Shown: one piece after another, positions 1 through 8,652 of the stretch
Position numbering within the stretch: position 1 is the stretch's first letter
Layout of the letters: every line of letters starts with the position of its first letter
Assembly: GCA_963764715.1 (NCBI GenBank)
Contig: CAVXTP010000022.1
Coordinates: forward strand, 275,735 to 339,734
Reading direction: 5' to 3'
From: an uncultured Acidobacteriota bacterium
GTDB taxonomy: Bacteria > Acidobacteriota > Thermoanaerobaculia > UBA5066 > Gp7-AA6
DNA: 64,000 bases
Notes under the pieces: generated by a model
Databases searched by the model: none
The model's input: only the letters and a program-made list of their open reading frames with translations
Told to the model about the DNA's origin: nothing
Program-made: the position numbers and the translations under genes

Positions 1-213
1 GTCCTTCGGGTCGTTGGCGCGCGCCTTCTCGATGTCCTCCTCGTCCGGGTAGTTGCGCACCTCGAGGGTTTCGATGGTGCACTTCTTGTAGACGAGCCCG
101 ACCTTGCTCGGGGCCTCGCCGCGGAAAGGCGATCGTCTTTTCGAGGGGCCCTCTTCGGCGAGCAGGACCGAGGCGGCGAGCAGGGCGGCGGCGGCGATCG
201 ACCGGCGCAACAT
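1..213 (-). CDS. secreted protein, N-terminal part only (gene runs off the left edge); signal peptide MLRRSIAAAALLAASVLLA
   Basis: ATG at complement 211-213 with GGAGG 5 nt upstream; G/C-rich codon position 3 throughout; not in ORF track because no stop lies in the window. Confidence 0.5.
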   Translation of the reverse strand, partial: MLRRSIAAAALLAASVLLAEEGPSKRRSPFRGEAPSKVGLVYKKCTIETLEVRNYPDEEDIEKARANDPKD

Positions 214-248
214 GCGGACCTCCTTGTCGGCGGCGGGAGAGCGTATCA

Positions 249-533
249 TTGCCGGTCATGTCGCTCGAGGAAGACGCGCCGGACCGGCACGTGATCGACA
301 TCTTCATGATGTCGCTGAAGTGCGGAAACTGCGACACGTACCAGACGATCGTGAAGTTCCGGAAGCTTCCGGACAAGAACGTCTACACGTACGAGTGCGA
401 GAACGAGATCTGCGACCCCAACGTGACCCGCACGATCGTCGAGGTGCCCCGCCATCTGGACAATTCGACCCGCCGCGCCGAGGAGCTGCCGTACTACGAA
501 AAAGAGGGTTCCCCGGAGGATCCGGCCGGCTGA
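249..533 (+). CDS. small Cys-rich (zinc-ribbon-like) hypothetical protein; CGNCD...YECENEICD
   Basis: 94-aa ORF, G/C-biased third positions, two CxxC-like pairs; lies just upstream of the thioesterase gene on the same strand. Confidence 0.5.
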   Translation: MPVMSLEEDAPDRHVIDIFMMSLKCGNCDTYQTIVKFRKLPDKNVYTYECENEICDPNVTRTIVEVPRHLDNSTRRAEELPYYEKEGSPEDPAG

Positions 534-573
534 CCCGGGCCCCCGTCCCGGAATCGCATAGAATAGGGGCTTC

Positions 574-1056
574 GTGAGCCTGCACACGGCCACGCGGGAG
601 CCGGCGGGGATCGCCCCCGACCTCCTGCAGCGCCTGCGGAAACGCCTCGCCGATTCGCCCGCCCTGGGTTGGCTGTCCCCGAGCCTCGAGGAGCTCGGTC
701 TGGACCGGTGTGTCCTGGCCCTGCCGCTCCACGAGCAGGCGACCAACGGCTCGGGCACGGTGCACGGCGGGGTCCTGGCGATGCTGGCCGACACGGCCGT
801 GGCGTTCGCCCTCGCGACCAACTTCGACGGCAAGATGGGGTTCGCCACGGCGGACCTGACGATTCACTTTCTGCGGCGGGCCCGGGGCGACGTCCGGGCG
901 CGCGCGCGGATCATCAAGAAAGGACAGCGCGTCAACGTGGGGGAGGTGGAGATCGTGGACGGGCAGGGGCGCGAAGTCGCCCGCGCCCTCGCGACCTTCA
1001 TCCTGACCACCTCCTCCTTCGACTACGCGCCGGAAAGGAAACAGGAAAAAACATGA
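574..1056 (+). CDS. PaaI/hot-dog fold acyl-CoA thioesterase
   Basis: 160 aa; conserved HGG motif (GTVHGGVLAMLADTA) typical of PaaI/4HBT thioesterases; stop overlaps next gene start (ATGA). Confidence 0.75.
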   Translation: MSLHTATREPAGIAPDLLQRLRKRLADSPALGWLSPSLEELGLDRCVLALPLHEQATNGSGTVHGGVLAMLADTAVAFALATNFDGKMGFATADLTIHFLRRARGDVRARARIIKKGQRVNVGEVEIVDGQGREVARALATFILTTSSFDYAPERKQEKT

Positions 1057-1991
1057 TGGACGACACCGTTCCGTTCCCCGCGGCCGAGGCCGTGGAGGCG
1101 GAGAGAAAACCTTCGCGGCGCCGCCGGGGCGGCGCGCGGCGGCACAAGGCCTTCCCCGCGCCGGCCGAGGAGCCGGCCGCGGCGGCCCCGCCGGCGCCCG
1201 CGCCCTCCGTGCCGGCGTCGATGAACGTGAGCGCGGGCCCTCCCGCCCGGGCGAGCGTCGACCAGCGCCTCGCGCTCTTCATCGACTTCGAGAACATCGC
1301 CCTCGGCGTGCGCGACGCCCAGTACAAGAAGTTCGACATCCACCTCGTGCTCCAGCGGCTGATCGAGAAGGGCCGCATCGTGTACAAGAAGGCCTACTCG
1401 GACTGGACCCGCTACTCGGAGTACAAGCGGGAGTTCCACGAGGCCGCGATCGAGCTGATCGACATTCCCCAGCGCAACTACTCGGCCAAGAACTCCGCCG
1501 ACATCCGGATGGTCGTCGACGCGATGGACCTCGTGGCGTCGAAGGGCCACATCACGACGTTCGTGATCTGCTCCGGCGACTCCGACTTCTCGCCGCTCGT
1601 CTCCAAGCTCAAGGAGAACGACAAGAGCGTCATCGGCGTCGGCGTGAAGAACTCGACGTCGAACCTTCTGATCTCCAACTGCGACGAGTTCATCTTCTAC
1701 GAGGACCTCGTCCGGGAGACGCGGGCGCTGCCGTCGATCGACAACCTGCCCAAGAAGAAGCAGGAGGTCTTCCGGCTCGTCATCGACTCGATCCAGGCGC
1801 TCGGGCGCGAGAACTACGACGTCATCTGGGGCTCGATGGTCAAGCAGACGATGCAGCGCAAGCAGCCGTACTTCAACGAGTCCTACTACGGCTACAAGTC
1901 GTTCTCGGAGCTCCTTGAGGACGCCGAGCGCCACGGCATCCTGTCGATGAAGAAGGACGCGAAGAGCGGCGGCTACGTGGTCTCGGCCTGA
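1053..1991 (+). CDS. NYN-domain (LabA-like) ribonuclease-family protein with C-terminal OST-HTH/LOTUS domain
   Basis: Real start at MMDDTV inside ORF 669..1991 (ATG 1053, overlapping thioesterase stop). Region LFIDFENI...VICSGDSDFSPLV matches the NYN/LabA core; the C-terminal part resembles OST-HTH. Confidence 0.75.
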   Translation: MMDDTVPFPAAEAVEAERKPSRRRRGGARRHKAFPAPAEEPAAAAPPAPAPSVPASMNVSAGPPARASVDQRLALFIDFENIALGVRDAQYKKFDIHLVLQRLIEKGRIVYKKAYSDWTRYSEYKREFHEAAIELIDIPQRNYSAKNSADIRMVVDAMDLVASKGHITTFVICSGDSDFSPLVSKLKENDKSVIGVGVKNSTSNLLISNCDEFIFYEDLVRETRALPSIDNLPKKKQEVFRLVIDSIQALGRENYDVIWGSMVKQTMQRKQPYFNESYYGYKSFSELLEDAERHGILSMKKDAKSGGYVVSA

Positions 1992-2009
1992 GGGCGCGCG
2001 GCGCCCGGG

Positions 2010-2927
2010 CTACTTGCGGCGGAGAACGACGCGGTCGCTCGCGCCCGCCGGCTGCGAGATCGTGACGGCGACGTTCAGCCCGACGAAGTCGGCGGCGCCG
2101 GAGAGGTCCCAGACGAGGTTCCGGAACCCGCGCAGCGAGCTGTCGGGCCCGGGGTGGATGACCTTCGACAGGGCGTCCGACCCCCGCGGGGCGGCGTAGG
2201 CCGGCGAGAGGTAGAGGTACGACAGAAAGCCGGTGGCGTTGACGCCGGCCTGGACGAGGTAGTCGGGCTCCCGGGACTCGAGCAGGAGATAGGTCGTCTC
2301 CTCGGGGCTCCGCCGCTGGCCTTCGATGACCTTCCAGGTCCGCTCGCGCCGCGGCATCCACGGCGCGAACGGGATGAAGTCGATCGCGACGCCGGCGCCG
2401 GCCGGGGAGGAAGCCAGCGCGGCGGCGAGCTCACGGACCCGGCGCCCGCCGTCGGGAACCGTCAGGTACCCGGCGCCCGCTCCGCCGCGACCCGGGTCGG
2501 TGAGGGTGACTCCCGCGGAGACCACGTTGCCCGCGCGGTCCGTCTCGACGAAGACCTCGCGGAGGGCCGGCCGCGGAGGCGTCCCGGCGATCGTCGTGGC
2601 GATCTTGCCTTCCCACCGCCCGGTCAGGTCGAGTGCCCAGGGCTCGGGCGAGGTCGAGGGCGGCGGCGCGCCCACGTCCGCGGTGCCCGCGCTCCGGGAT
2701 CCCCAGAGGAGGACGCCCGTGATGACGGCGAGCGCGAGGGCCGCGAGGACCAGGAGGTACTGGCGCGGGATCGCGGCCAGGATGGCCCCCGGCGAGGACG
2801 GCGCGGCGGGCGGCGGCGGGGAGACGGGCTCGGAGGGCGTGGGCCGCTCGAGGCTCTTCTTGCACTTGAGGCATTTCGCCGCGGGGATCTGCGTAAACCC
2901 GCAGTGAGGACACGTCACCCAGGCCAT
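2010..2927 (-). CDS. zinc-ribbon membrane-anchored hypothetical protein
   Basis: N-terminal CPHCG...CLKCKK zinc ribbon, Pro-rich linker, one TM helix (LLVLAALALAVITGVLLW), ~200-aa extracytoplasmic domain. Confidence 0.6.
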   Translation of the reverse strand: MAWVTCPHCGFTQIPAAKCLKCKKSLERPTPSEPVSPPPPAAPSSPGAILAAIPRQYLLVLAALALAVITGVLLWGSRSAGTADVGAPPPSTSPEPWALDLTGRWEGKIATTIAGTPPRPALREVFVETDRAGNVVSAGVTLTDPGRGGAGAGYLTVPDGGRRVRELAAALASSPAGAGVAIDFIPFAPWMPRRERTWKVIEGQRRSPEETTYLLLESREPDYLVQAGVNATGFLSYLYLSPAYAAPRGSDALSKVIHPGPDSSLRGFRNLVWDLSGAADFVGLNVAVTISQPAGASDRVVLRRK

Positions 2928-3038
2928 GGGTGAATGGTAACCGATCGTGCGTAAGTCTTGGTGCAGTCAGTAGTAAGCGGTAAGCCGGGGGATGGCTGTC
3001 GCGACGCTTACTGCTTACCGCCTACGGCTTACTGACTC

Positions 3039-4100
3039 TCAGATCTCCCGGAAGAAAAACCTGTCCAACACCGACATCCGCTCCTGGAGCTGCTTCGGAT
3101 CCGGATCCATGAGCCAGAGCGCGGCGTGGATCGAGGAGGCGAGGGAGTTGCCGTCCTGCGGCGTGAAGCAGAAACCGACGATCTCGTGGCCGCCGGGGAC
3201 CGCGATCGTGGGGGAGGCGATGACGGCCTGGGACAGGATGCGGCCGTAGTACCCGTGGTCGCGCCCGAACGAGAAGATCTGGTTGGCCGAGCGGCGCTCG
3301 GTCACCGCGATCCGGCGGTTGGCCTTGAGCTTCGAGAGCACCTGCTCCTTCGACGTCGGTTCGGACACGTCCATGTCGAACCACAGGGCGTGCATGTACT
3401 GCGTGTTCATCTTCATCGCGGACGAGAAGATCGGCGGCTCCCATCCGATCGTCGAGAGCAGCGCCGACGCGTCGCGGGCGTGGTGCGTGCCGAACTCCGG
3501 GTCGTCGTGCTTGCCGACCGACGGCGCGGGCGCGAAGCCCGAGTCCTGCGACACGTCGTTCGCCCGGCGCATGCAGACGAAGCGGCCGCGCGTCAGGATC
3601 TTGCCGCCCGCGTCGTTGGTCCCGAGCGTCTTGATGAGGCAGGAGATGTTGTGGGTGTTGCAGGAGACGATCTGGAGAAAGCGGTCCTGCCCGGGGATGA
3701 GGGCCTCGTCGTTGATCCCCATGGCGTACATCTTTCCGAACCCGAACTCGCTGCCCTGGGCGAGGAACCCCCGTGGGCCTGAGATCTTCTCGTAGACCTT
3801 CTTGTTCTCGTTGCCGGCCGGGGTGCAGTCGATTACGACGGTCGCCCGCTCGAGGGCCGGGCCGGCCTCGTGCGAGACCTTGTGCCCGAGGGCCTCGAAG
3901 TCGGCGAGCTTGTCGGAATCGACCGCGAGCTTCGCCCCGCGCGCCATGAGGTGATTGACCTTCGCGCGCTCGGTGGTCATCGGCGTCCGCTTGTGGAAGG
4001 TGACCTCGTCGACGCCGAGGTGCTTGCCGAAGTCGGTGAAGAGACCGATCAGCGGCTCTCCGATCGTGCCCGTCCCGACGATGTGGACGATCCGTTTCAT
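3039..4100 (-). CDS. type II (archaeal-type) glyceraldehyde-3-phosphate dehydrogenase family oxidoreductase
   Basis: N-terminal Rossmann GTGTIG; VIDCTPAG; catalytic-Cys block IVSCNTHNISCLIKTL (compare archaeal GAPDH VVSCNTTGLCRTL); RRANDV and HHARD blocks also collinear with archaeal GAPDH. Confidence 0.65.
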   Translation of the reverse strand: MKRIVHIVGTGTIGEPLIGLFTDFGKHLGVDEVTFHKRTPMTTERAKVNHLMARGAKLAVDSDKLADFEALGHKVSHEAGPALERATVVIDCTPAGNENKKVYEKISGPRGFLAQGSEFGFGKMYAMGINDEALIPGQDRFLQIVSCNTHNISCLIKTLGTNDAGGKILTRGRFVCMRRANDVSQDSGFAPAPSVGKHDDPEFGTHHARDASALLSTIGWEPPIFSSAMKMNTQYMHALWFDMDVSEPTSKEQVLSKLKANRRIAVTERRSANQIFSFGRDHGYYGRILSQAVIASPTIAVPGGHEIVGFCFTPQDGNSLASSIHAALWLMDPDPKQLQERMSVLDRFFFREI

Positions 4101-4186
4101 CGCGTTCTCCTGTCGATCGAAGGCGTTTGGGACCCGGAACGGCGGGAAGGATACGATGAGACGGGCGATTCGCCAACCGGAGGGCG

Positions 4187-4840
4187 ATGGTGGCGGGCAG
4201 GCTTCGTTCCGTGACGTTTCGCGGTCCCGCCGGGGCCCTCGAGGGCCTCTGGAAGGAGGCGTCGCAACCGCGCCGGGGCTCGGCGGTCTTCGCGCACCCC
4301 CATCCCATGCACGGCGGCACGCTTCACAACAAGGTCGTCTACCGCGCGGCGCAGGCCCTGGCGCGGTCCGGGTGGGAGACGCTCCGGTTCAACTTCCGGG
4401 GCGTCGGGGTGTCGGAGGGCCGGTACGACGCGGGCCGCGGCGAGGTCGAAGACTTCCGGGCGGCCCTCGACGAGGCCGAGCGCGCGGCCGGCCGGCCGAT
4501 CGTCGCGGGAGGCTTCTCGTTCGGCTCGGCCGTCGGCCTGAAAGCGGCGGCGGGGGATCCGCGGGTCGCGGCGTTCGTCGCGCTCGGCGTGCCGCTCGCG
4601 ACCGAGTCCGGGCGCATGGTGCCGGTGCCCTCGGTCCCGTCGCTCTTCGTCGTCGGCGAGAACGACCGCTTCGGGCCGCCCGAGGACCTCGCCCGGTTCC
4701 TGGCCGGGCGTCAACGGATGGTCGTCATCCCCGGAGCCGACCACTTCTTCGAAAGCCAGCTCGAGCTGCTCGGCGAGACGATCCTGGAGTTTCTCGCGTC
4801 GCTTCCGGCGGCGACGCCGGCGGCGGAAGCACCGGCGTGA
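4187..4840 (+). CDS. alpha/beta-fold hydrolase (COG2945-like)
   Basis: 217 aa; HPHPMHGGT and GFSFGS (nucleophile elbow G-x-S-x-G) motifs. Confidence 0.75.
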   Translation: MVAGRLRSVTFRGPAGALEGLWKEASQPRRGSAVFAHPHPMHGGTLHNKVVYRAAQALARSGWETLRFNFRGVGVSEGRYDAGRGEVEDFRAALDEAERAAGRPIVAGGFSFGSAVGLKAAAGDPRVAAFVALGVPLATESGRMVPVPSVPSLFVVGENDRFGPPEDLARFLAGRQRMVVIPGADHFFESQLELLGETILEFLASLPAATPAAEAPA

Positions 4841-5397
4841 GCGCGGGAGCCCGGACGCTCTCGGAGGAGGCACGGCGGGACCTGCTGCGGCTGGCCCGCA
4901 CGAGCCTCGAGGCGCACTTCCTCGGCGAGCCCTCTCCGCGGCTCGCGTCGGACCGCGCGGAGGCCTTCGGGGAGCCCCGGGGCCTCTTCGTCACGCTGTG
5001 GAAGGACGGGGACCTGCGCGGCTGCATCGGGACGCTCGCTCCGCACGGCGACCTGACGCGGGTCGTCGCCGAATACGCGCGACGCGCGGCCTTCGAGGAT
5101 CCGAGGTTTGCGCCCCTCGACGCCGTCGAGCTTCCCGCCTGCCGCCTCGAGATCTCGGTCCTGACGGCGCCCCAGCCGATCGCGGGCCTCCACGACATCG
5201 AGATCGGGCGGGACGGCCTGATCCTCGAGAGCCGCGGGCGGCGCGGGCTGCTCCTGCCCCAGGTCGCGACGGAGTGGGGCTTCGACCGCGAACGGTTCGT
5301 CCAGGAGGTCTCGCGCAAGGCCGGGCTGCCCCCGGATGCGTGGAAGGACCCGGGCTCCCGGGTCTGGGTCTTTCAGGCGGAGGTGTTCTCGGAATGA
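4837..5397 (+). CDS. AMMECR1 domain protein
   Basis: GTG start overlapping upstream stop (GTGA); conserved AMMECR1 block LRGCIGTL and C-terminal LLPQVATEWGFDRE. Confidence 0.75.
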   Translation: MSAGARTLSEEARRDLLRLARTSLEAHFLGEPSPRLASDRAEAFGEPRGLFVTLWKDGDLRGCIGTLAPHGDLTRVVAEYARRAAFEDPRFAPLDAVELPACRLEISVLTAPQPIAGLHDIEIGRDGLILESRGRRGLLLPQVATEWGFDRERFVQEVSRKAGLPPDAWKDPGSRVWVFQAEVFSE

Positions 5398-5466
5398 AGG
5401 GCATCGGCAACCGGCAGAAAAAGACCGTCCGACCCCGGAAGGCCTGGGTCGCGCCGAAGCCCGCCC

Positions 5467-6225
5467 CTAGAGCCGGCGAAGCGAAGGCGAGTAGAGGAGC
5501 AGCGCCGTGGCCACGGCCGCGTTCAAAGAATCGACCGGGGCCCGCATCGGGATCGTGAGCCGGCGGTCGAGATACCGGTAGGCTCCGGCCGGCAGCCCCG
5601 TGCCCTCGGCGCCGACCACGACGACCGAGCGCGGGTCGAGCGGCGCCTCGAACACGTTCTCTCCTCCGACGGCCGTGGCCCCGCAGACGGGCCGGCCGGC
5701 GGCCTTCGCGTCGGCGGCGAAGGGCTCGAACGAGACGCGGCCCGAGACCGGCAGGCGCAGGACGCTGCCGGCGCTTCCGCGCACGGCGCGAGGATGGAAG
5801 AAGTCGGCCGTTCCGGGCGCGGCCACGACCCCGGCGCCCCCGGCGGCCTCGGCCACGCGGACGATGGCCCCCAGGTTGCCCGGGTCCTGGACGCCGAACG
5901 CGAAGACGATGGGCCCTTCCCGCGCCAGGATCTCCGCGACCGGGACGTCCCGTCGCTTCGCGACGGCGAGCAGGTGCTGCGGCGTGCGGGCGTCGGCGAG
6001 ACGCTCGAGCACGGCGCGGGAGACGAGGCGCGGGTGCGACGCGGTCAGCGCCGAGAGACGGCCGGGCCGGATGCTTTCGTCGTGAAGGACGTGCTCGAGC
6101 GCGATTCCCGCGGCGACGGCGTCGAGAATCGCCTTTTCGCCCTCGAGCAGGAGATAGGTGCGCTCCTCGAGGTGGCGCGCGATGTCGCGGATCAGAGGGT
6201 TGGACGGAGACTCGATCGCGGGCAC
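5467..6225 (-). CDS. TrmH/SpoU-family RNA 2'-O-methyltransferase
   Basis: 252 aa; SPOUT motifs QDPGNLGAIVR and LGAEGTGL, C-terminal IPM...SLNAAVA. Confidence 0.75.
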   Translation of the reverse strand: MPAIESPSNPLIRDIARHLEERTYLLLEGEKAILDAVAAGIALEHVLHDESIRPGRLSALTASHPRLVSRAVLERLADARTPQHLLAVAKRRDVPVAEILAREGPIVFAFGVQDPGNLGAIVRVAEAAGGAGVVAAPGTADFFHPRAVRGSAGSVLRLPVSGRVSFEPFAADAKAAGRPVCGATAVGGENVFEAPLDPRSVVVVGAEGTGLPAGAYRYLDRRLTIPMRAPVDSLNAAVATALLLYSPSLRRL

Positions 6226-6251
6226 GACGGCCCATGCTATAACCGCGCGCC

Positions 6252-7448
6252 ATGAAGTGGCTCCGCGGCGAAAAGCTCCTCGCGGCCGCGGCGGAGCACG
6301 GGCCGCCCGGGTCGGCGCTGTCGGCGCTCTGGACCTTCCCGGCGATGATCGGGGCGGCCTTCGTCGTGGCCTGGGGAGCGGAGGCCGCCGAGTTCCTCAT
6401 CTCGCAGGGCCTCGCCCTCGCGATCCTCGCCCTCATCCAGACGATGCCCGAGTTCGCGGTCGAGGCCGTCATCGCCTGGAAGGCCGGCAAGAACCCGGAC
6501 ATGGTGCACCTGGCGATCGCCAACTTCACCGGCAGCCTGCGCCTCCTGACCGGCTTCGGCTGGCCCATGATCTACGCGGTCGCCGCCTACTTCTCGCGCC
6601 GCCGCCGCGGCCGCAAGCTGGGCGCCCTCCACCTCCACGACGAGCATGCCGTCGAGGTCATCGGCCTCCTGCCGCCCCTCGCCTACTTCGTCCTGGTCTG
6701 GGCGAAGGGCAACCTCTCCCTCGTCGACGCGGCCGTGCTGACGGTGACCTACGTGGTCTACCTCTTCGTCCTGCTCCGGATGCCTCCTCGCGAGGACTCG
6801 GAGGAGGAGGACGAGGAAGTCCCGCGGGTGTCGCGCTGGGCCCTGTCCTTCTCGGGCTGGAAGCGGTGGGCCGCGGTGCTCGGGCTGTTCGTCCTCGGGG
6901 GCGCCGTGATCTTCGTCGTCGCCGAGCCCTTCCTCAACTCGATGCTCGCCGTCGCGGTCAGCCTCGGCATCTCGCAGTTCACCTTCATCCAGTGGGTCGC
7001 GCCCTTCATCTCGGAGTTCCCGGAGAAGACCTCCGCCTTCGTGTGGGCCCGCCGGATCACCCGGGCCCCCGTGGCCCTGATGAACATGGTGTCGTCGAAC
7101 ATCAACCAGTGGGGGGTCCTCTCGGGGCTTCTCGCCGTCGTTTACTGCTGGAGCCACGGGAGCACGGAGCCGCTGCCGTTCGACGATTTCCAGCGGCTCG
7201 AGATCCTGCTGACGATCCTCCAGGCCTTCCTGGGGTGGATCTTCCTCGCGTCGATGACCCTCGAGTGGTACGAGGCGGCCGGGCTCTTCGTGCTCTGGAT
7301 CGTCCAGTTCTTCTTCCCGTCGCTCCGCCATACGATGATCTGGGTCTACGGAGGCTGGATCGGCGTGGAGCTCCTCCTCGTGGCGCTGGGCCGAAAACAG
7401 TTCCGGGCTTTCGGCGCGTTCGCCCGCTCCTGGAAGGGGAGGCGTTGA
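6252..7448 (+). CDS. CaCA-family cation/Ca2+ exchanger-like integral membrane protein
   Basis: 398 aa, about 10 TM helices in two halves separated by an acidic loop (EDSEEEDEE). Confidence 0.65.
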   Translation: MKWLRGEKLLAAAAEHGPPGSALSALWTFPAMIGAAFVVAWGAEAAEFLISQGLALAILALIQTMPEFAVEAVIAWKAGKNPDMVHLAIANFTGSLRLLTGFGWPMIYAVAAYFSRRRRGRKLGALHLHDEHAVEVIGLLPPLAYFVLVWAKGNLSLVDAAVLTVTYVVYLFVLLRMPPREDSEEEDEEVPRVSRWALSFSGWKRWAAVLGLFVLGGAVIFVVAEPFLNSMLAVAVSLGISQFTFIQWVAPFISEFPEKTSAFVWARRITRAPVALMNMVSSNINQWGVLSGLLAVVYCWSHGSTEPLPFDDFQRLEILLTILQAFLGWIFLASMTLEWYEAAGLFVLWIVQFFFPSLRHTMIWVYGGWIGVELLLVALGRKQFRAFGAFARSWKGRR

Positions 7449-8636
7449 TGGATCTGCGTCTCTCGCGCCGGATCGCGGCCCTCGCCCCGTCGTCCACGAC
7501 CTCGGCCGGCCGCAAGGCCAAGGCGCTGGCCGCCTCGGGGGTCGACGTCGTGGACCTCTCGATCGGCGAGCCCGACTTCGCGACCCCCGCCCACGTCGGC
7601 CGCGCCGGAGTCCGAGCGATCGAGAACGGCCGCACGAAGTACACCGACGTCGCGGGGGAGGCGGCCCTCCGGGACGCGATCGCCGCCAAGTACGCCCGGG
7701 AGCAGAACGCGAAGGTCGGCCGCGACAGCATCATCGTGACGGCCGGGGCCAAGCAGGCCGTGTTCAACGTCTGCATGGCCCTCTTCGACGAGGGCGACGA
7801 CGTGGCGCTCTTCTCGCCCTACTGGGTCTCGTTTCCCGAGATGGTCCGGCTGACCGGGGCGCGGCCCCTGTTCGTCGAAACGTCCCTCGAGGACGGCTGG
7901 CACGCGCGGGCGAGGTTGCTCGAGGGGGCCGGCGTGGAGCGGGTGCGGGGAGTCATCCTCAACTCGCCCAACAACCCGACCGGGGCGGTCGTCGACGCCG
8001 CGGAGCTCTCGCGGATCGTCGAGTGGTGCGCCGCCCGCCAGGCGTGGCTCATCTACGACGAGACCTACGACCGCTTTCTCTACGACGGCCGGTCGCACGC
8101 GTCGGCGGCGGCCCGGCGCCCGGACTACGAGCGGGTCGTCGTGACCGGGGCGGCGTCGAAAACCTTCGCGATGACGGGCTGGCGCCTCGGGTGGGCCATC
8201 GGGCCGCCCGAATTGATCACGGCGCTCGCTTCGTTCCAGAGCCACACGACCTCGAACGCCTCGTCGATCTCCCAGGCGGCGGCGCTCGAGGCCCTGACGG
8301 ATCTCGATGGCTCCGCGGCCTCGGTCGACGACATGCTGTCCCACTACGAGACCCGCCGGACAGGCGATGGTCGAGGGCCTCGCGTCGATCCCGAACGTCC
8401 AGTGTCCGATGCCCGAGGGCGCGTTTTACGCTTTCGCCGACGTTTCGCGCCTCTACGAGCGCAAGGGCGTCCGGGGCTCGGCCGACTTCTGCGACCGGCT
8501 CCTCCAGGAGGCGCACGTGGCGGCCGTGCCGGGCGACGCCTTCGGCGACGACCGCTGCGTCCGGTTCTCCTTCGCGACGAAGACGGACCGAATCCGCGAG
8601 GGCGTGCGCCGGATCGCGGAGTGGACGGGGCGCTAG
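7448..8636 (+). pseudogene. class I PLP aminotransferase (aspartate aminotransferase-like) with a +1 indel near 8360 splitting it into two frames
   Basis: N-terminal 300 aa (SIGEPDF, NSPNNPTG, SKTFAMTGWRLGW with PLP-Lys) in the frame of ORF 6158..8755; C-terminal 90 aa (QAMVEGL...VRFSFA) in ORF 8307..8636. The junction YETRR / QAMVEGL is restored by removing one A at cggAcaggcg. Confidence 0.55.
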
Positions 8637-8652
8637 CCTCGACGGCCCGCGC

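Noticed and set aside
104-577. 157-aa plus-strand ORF and 246..848 / 304..867 minus ORFs
   Set aside because: They overlap the better-supported small Cys-rich ORF and the thioesterase gene; Arg/Pro-rich translations.
4991-6568. 525-aa minus-strand ORF and overlapping 5600..6085 / 5794..6255 ORFs
   Set aside because: Arg/Pro/Gly-rich low complexity; overlaps the well-supported AMMECR1 and TrmH genes in other frames.
6158-7447. N-terminal 430 codons of ORF 6158..8755, and ORF 6237..7331 (-)
   Set aside because: Out-of-frame overlap with the CaCA exchanger gene, which has clear TM-helix periodicity; these alternatives are low-complexity.
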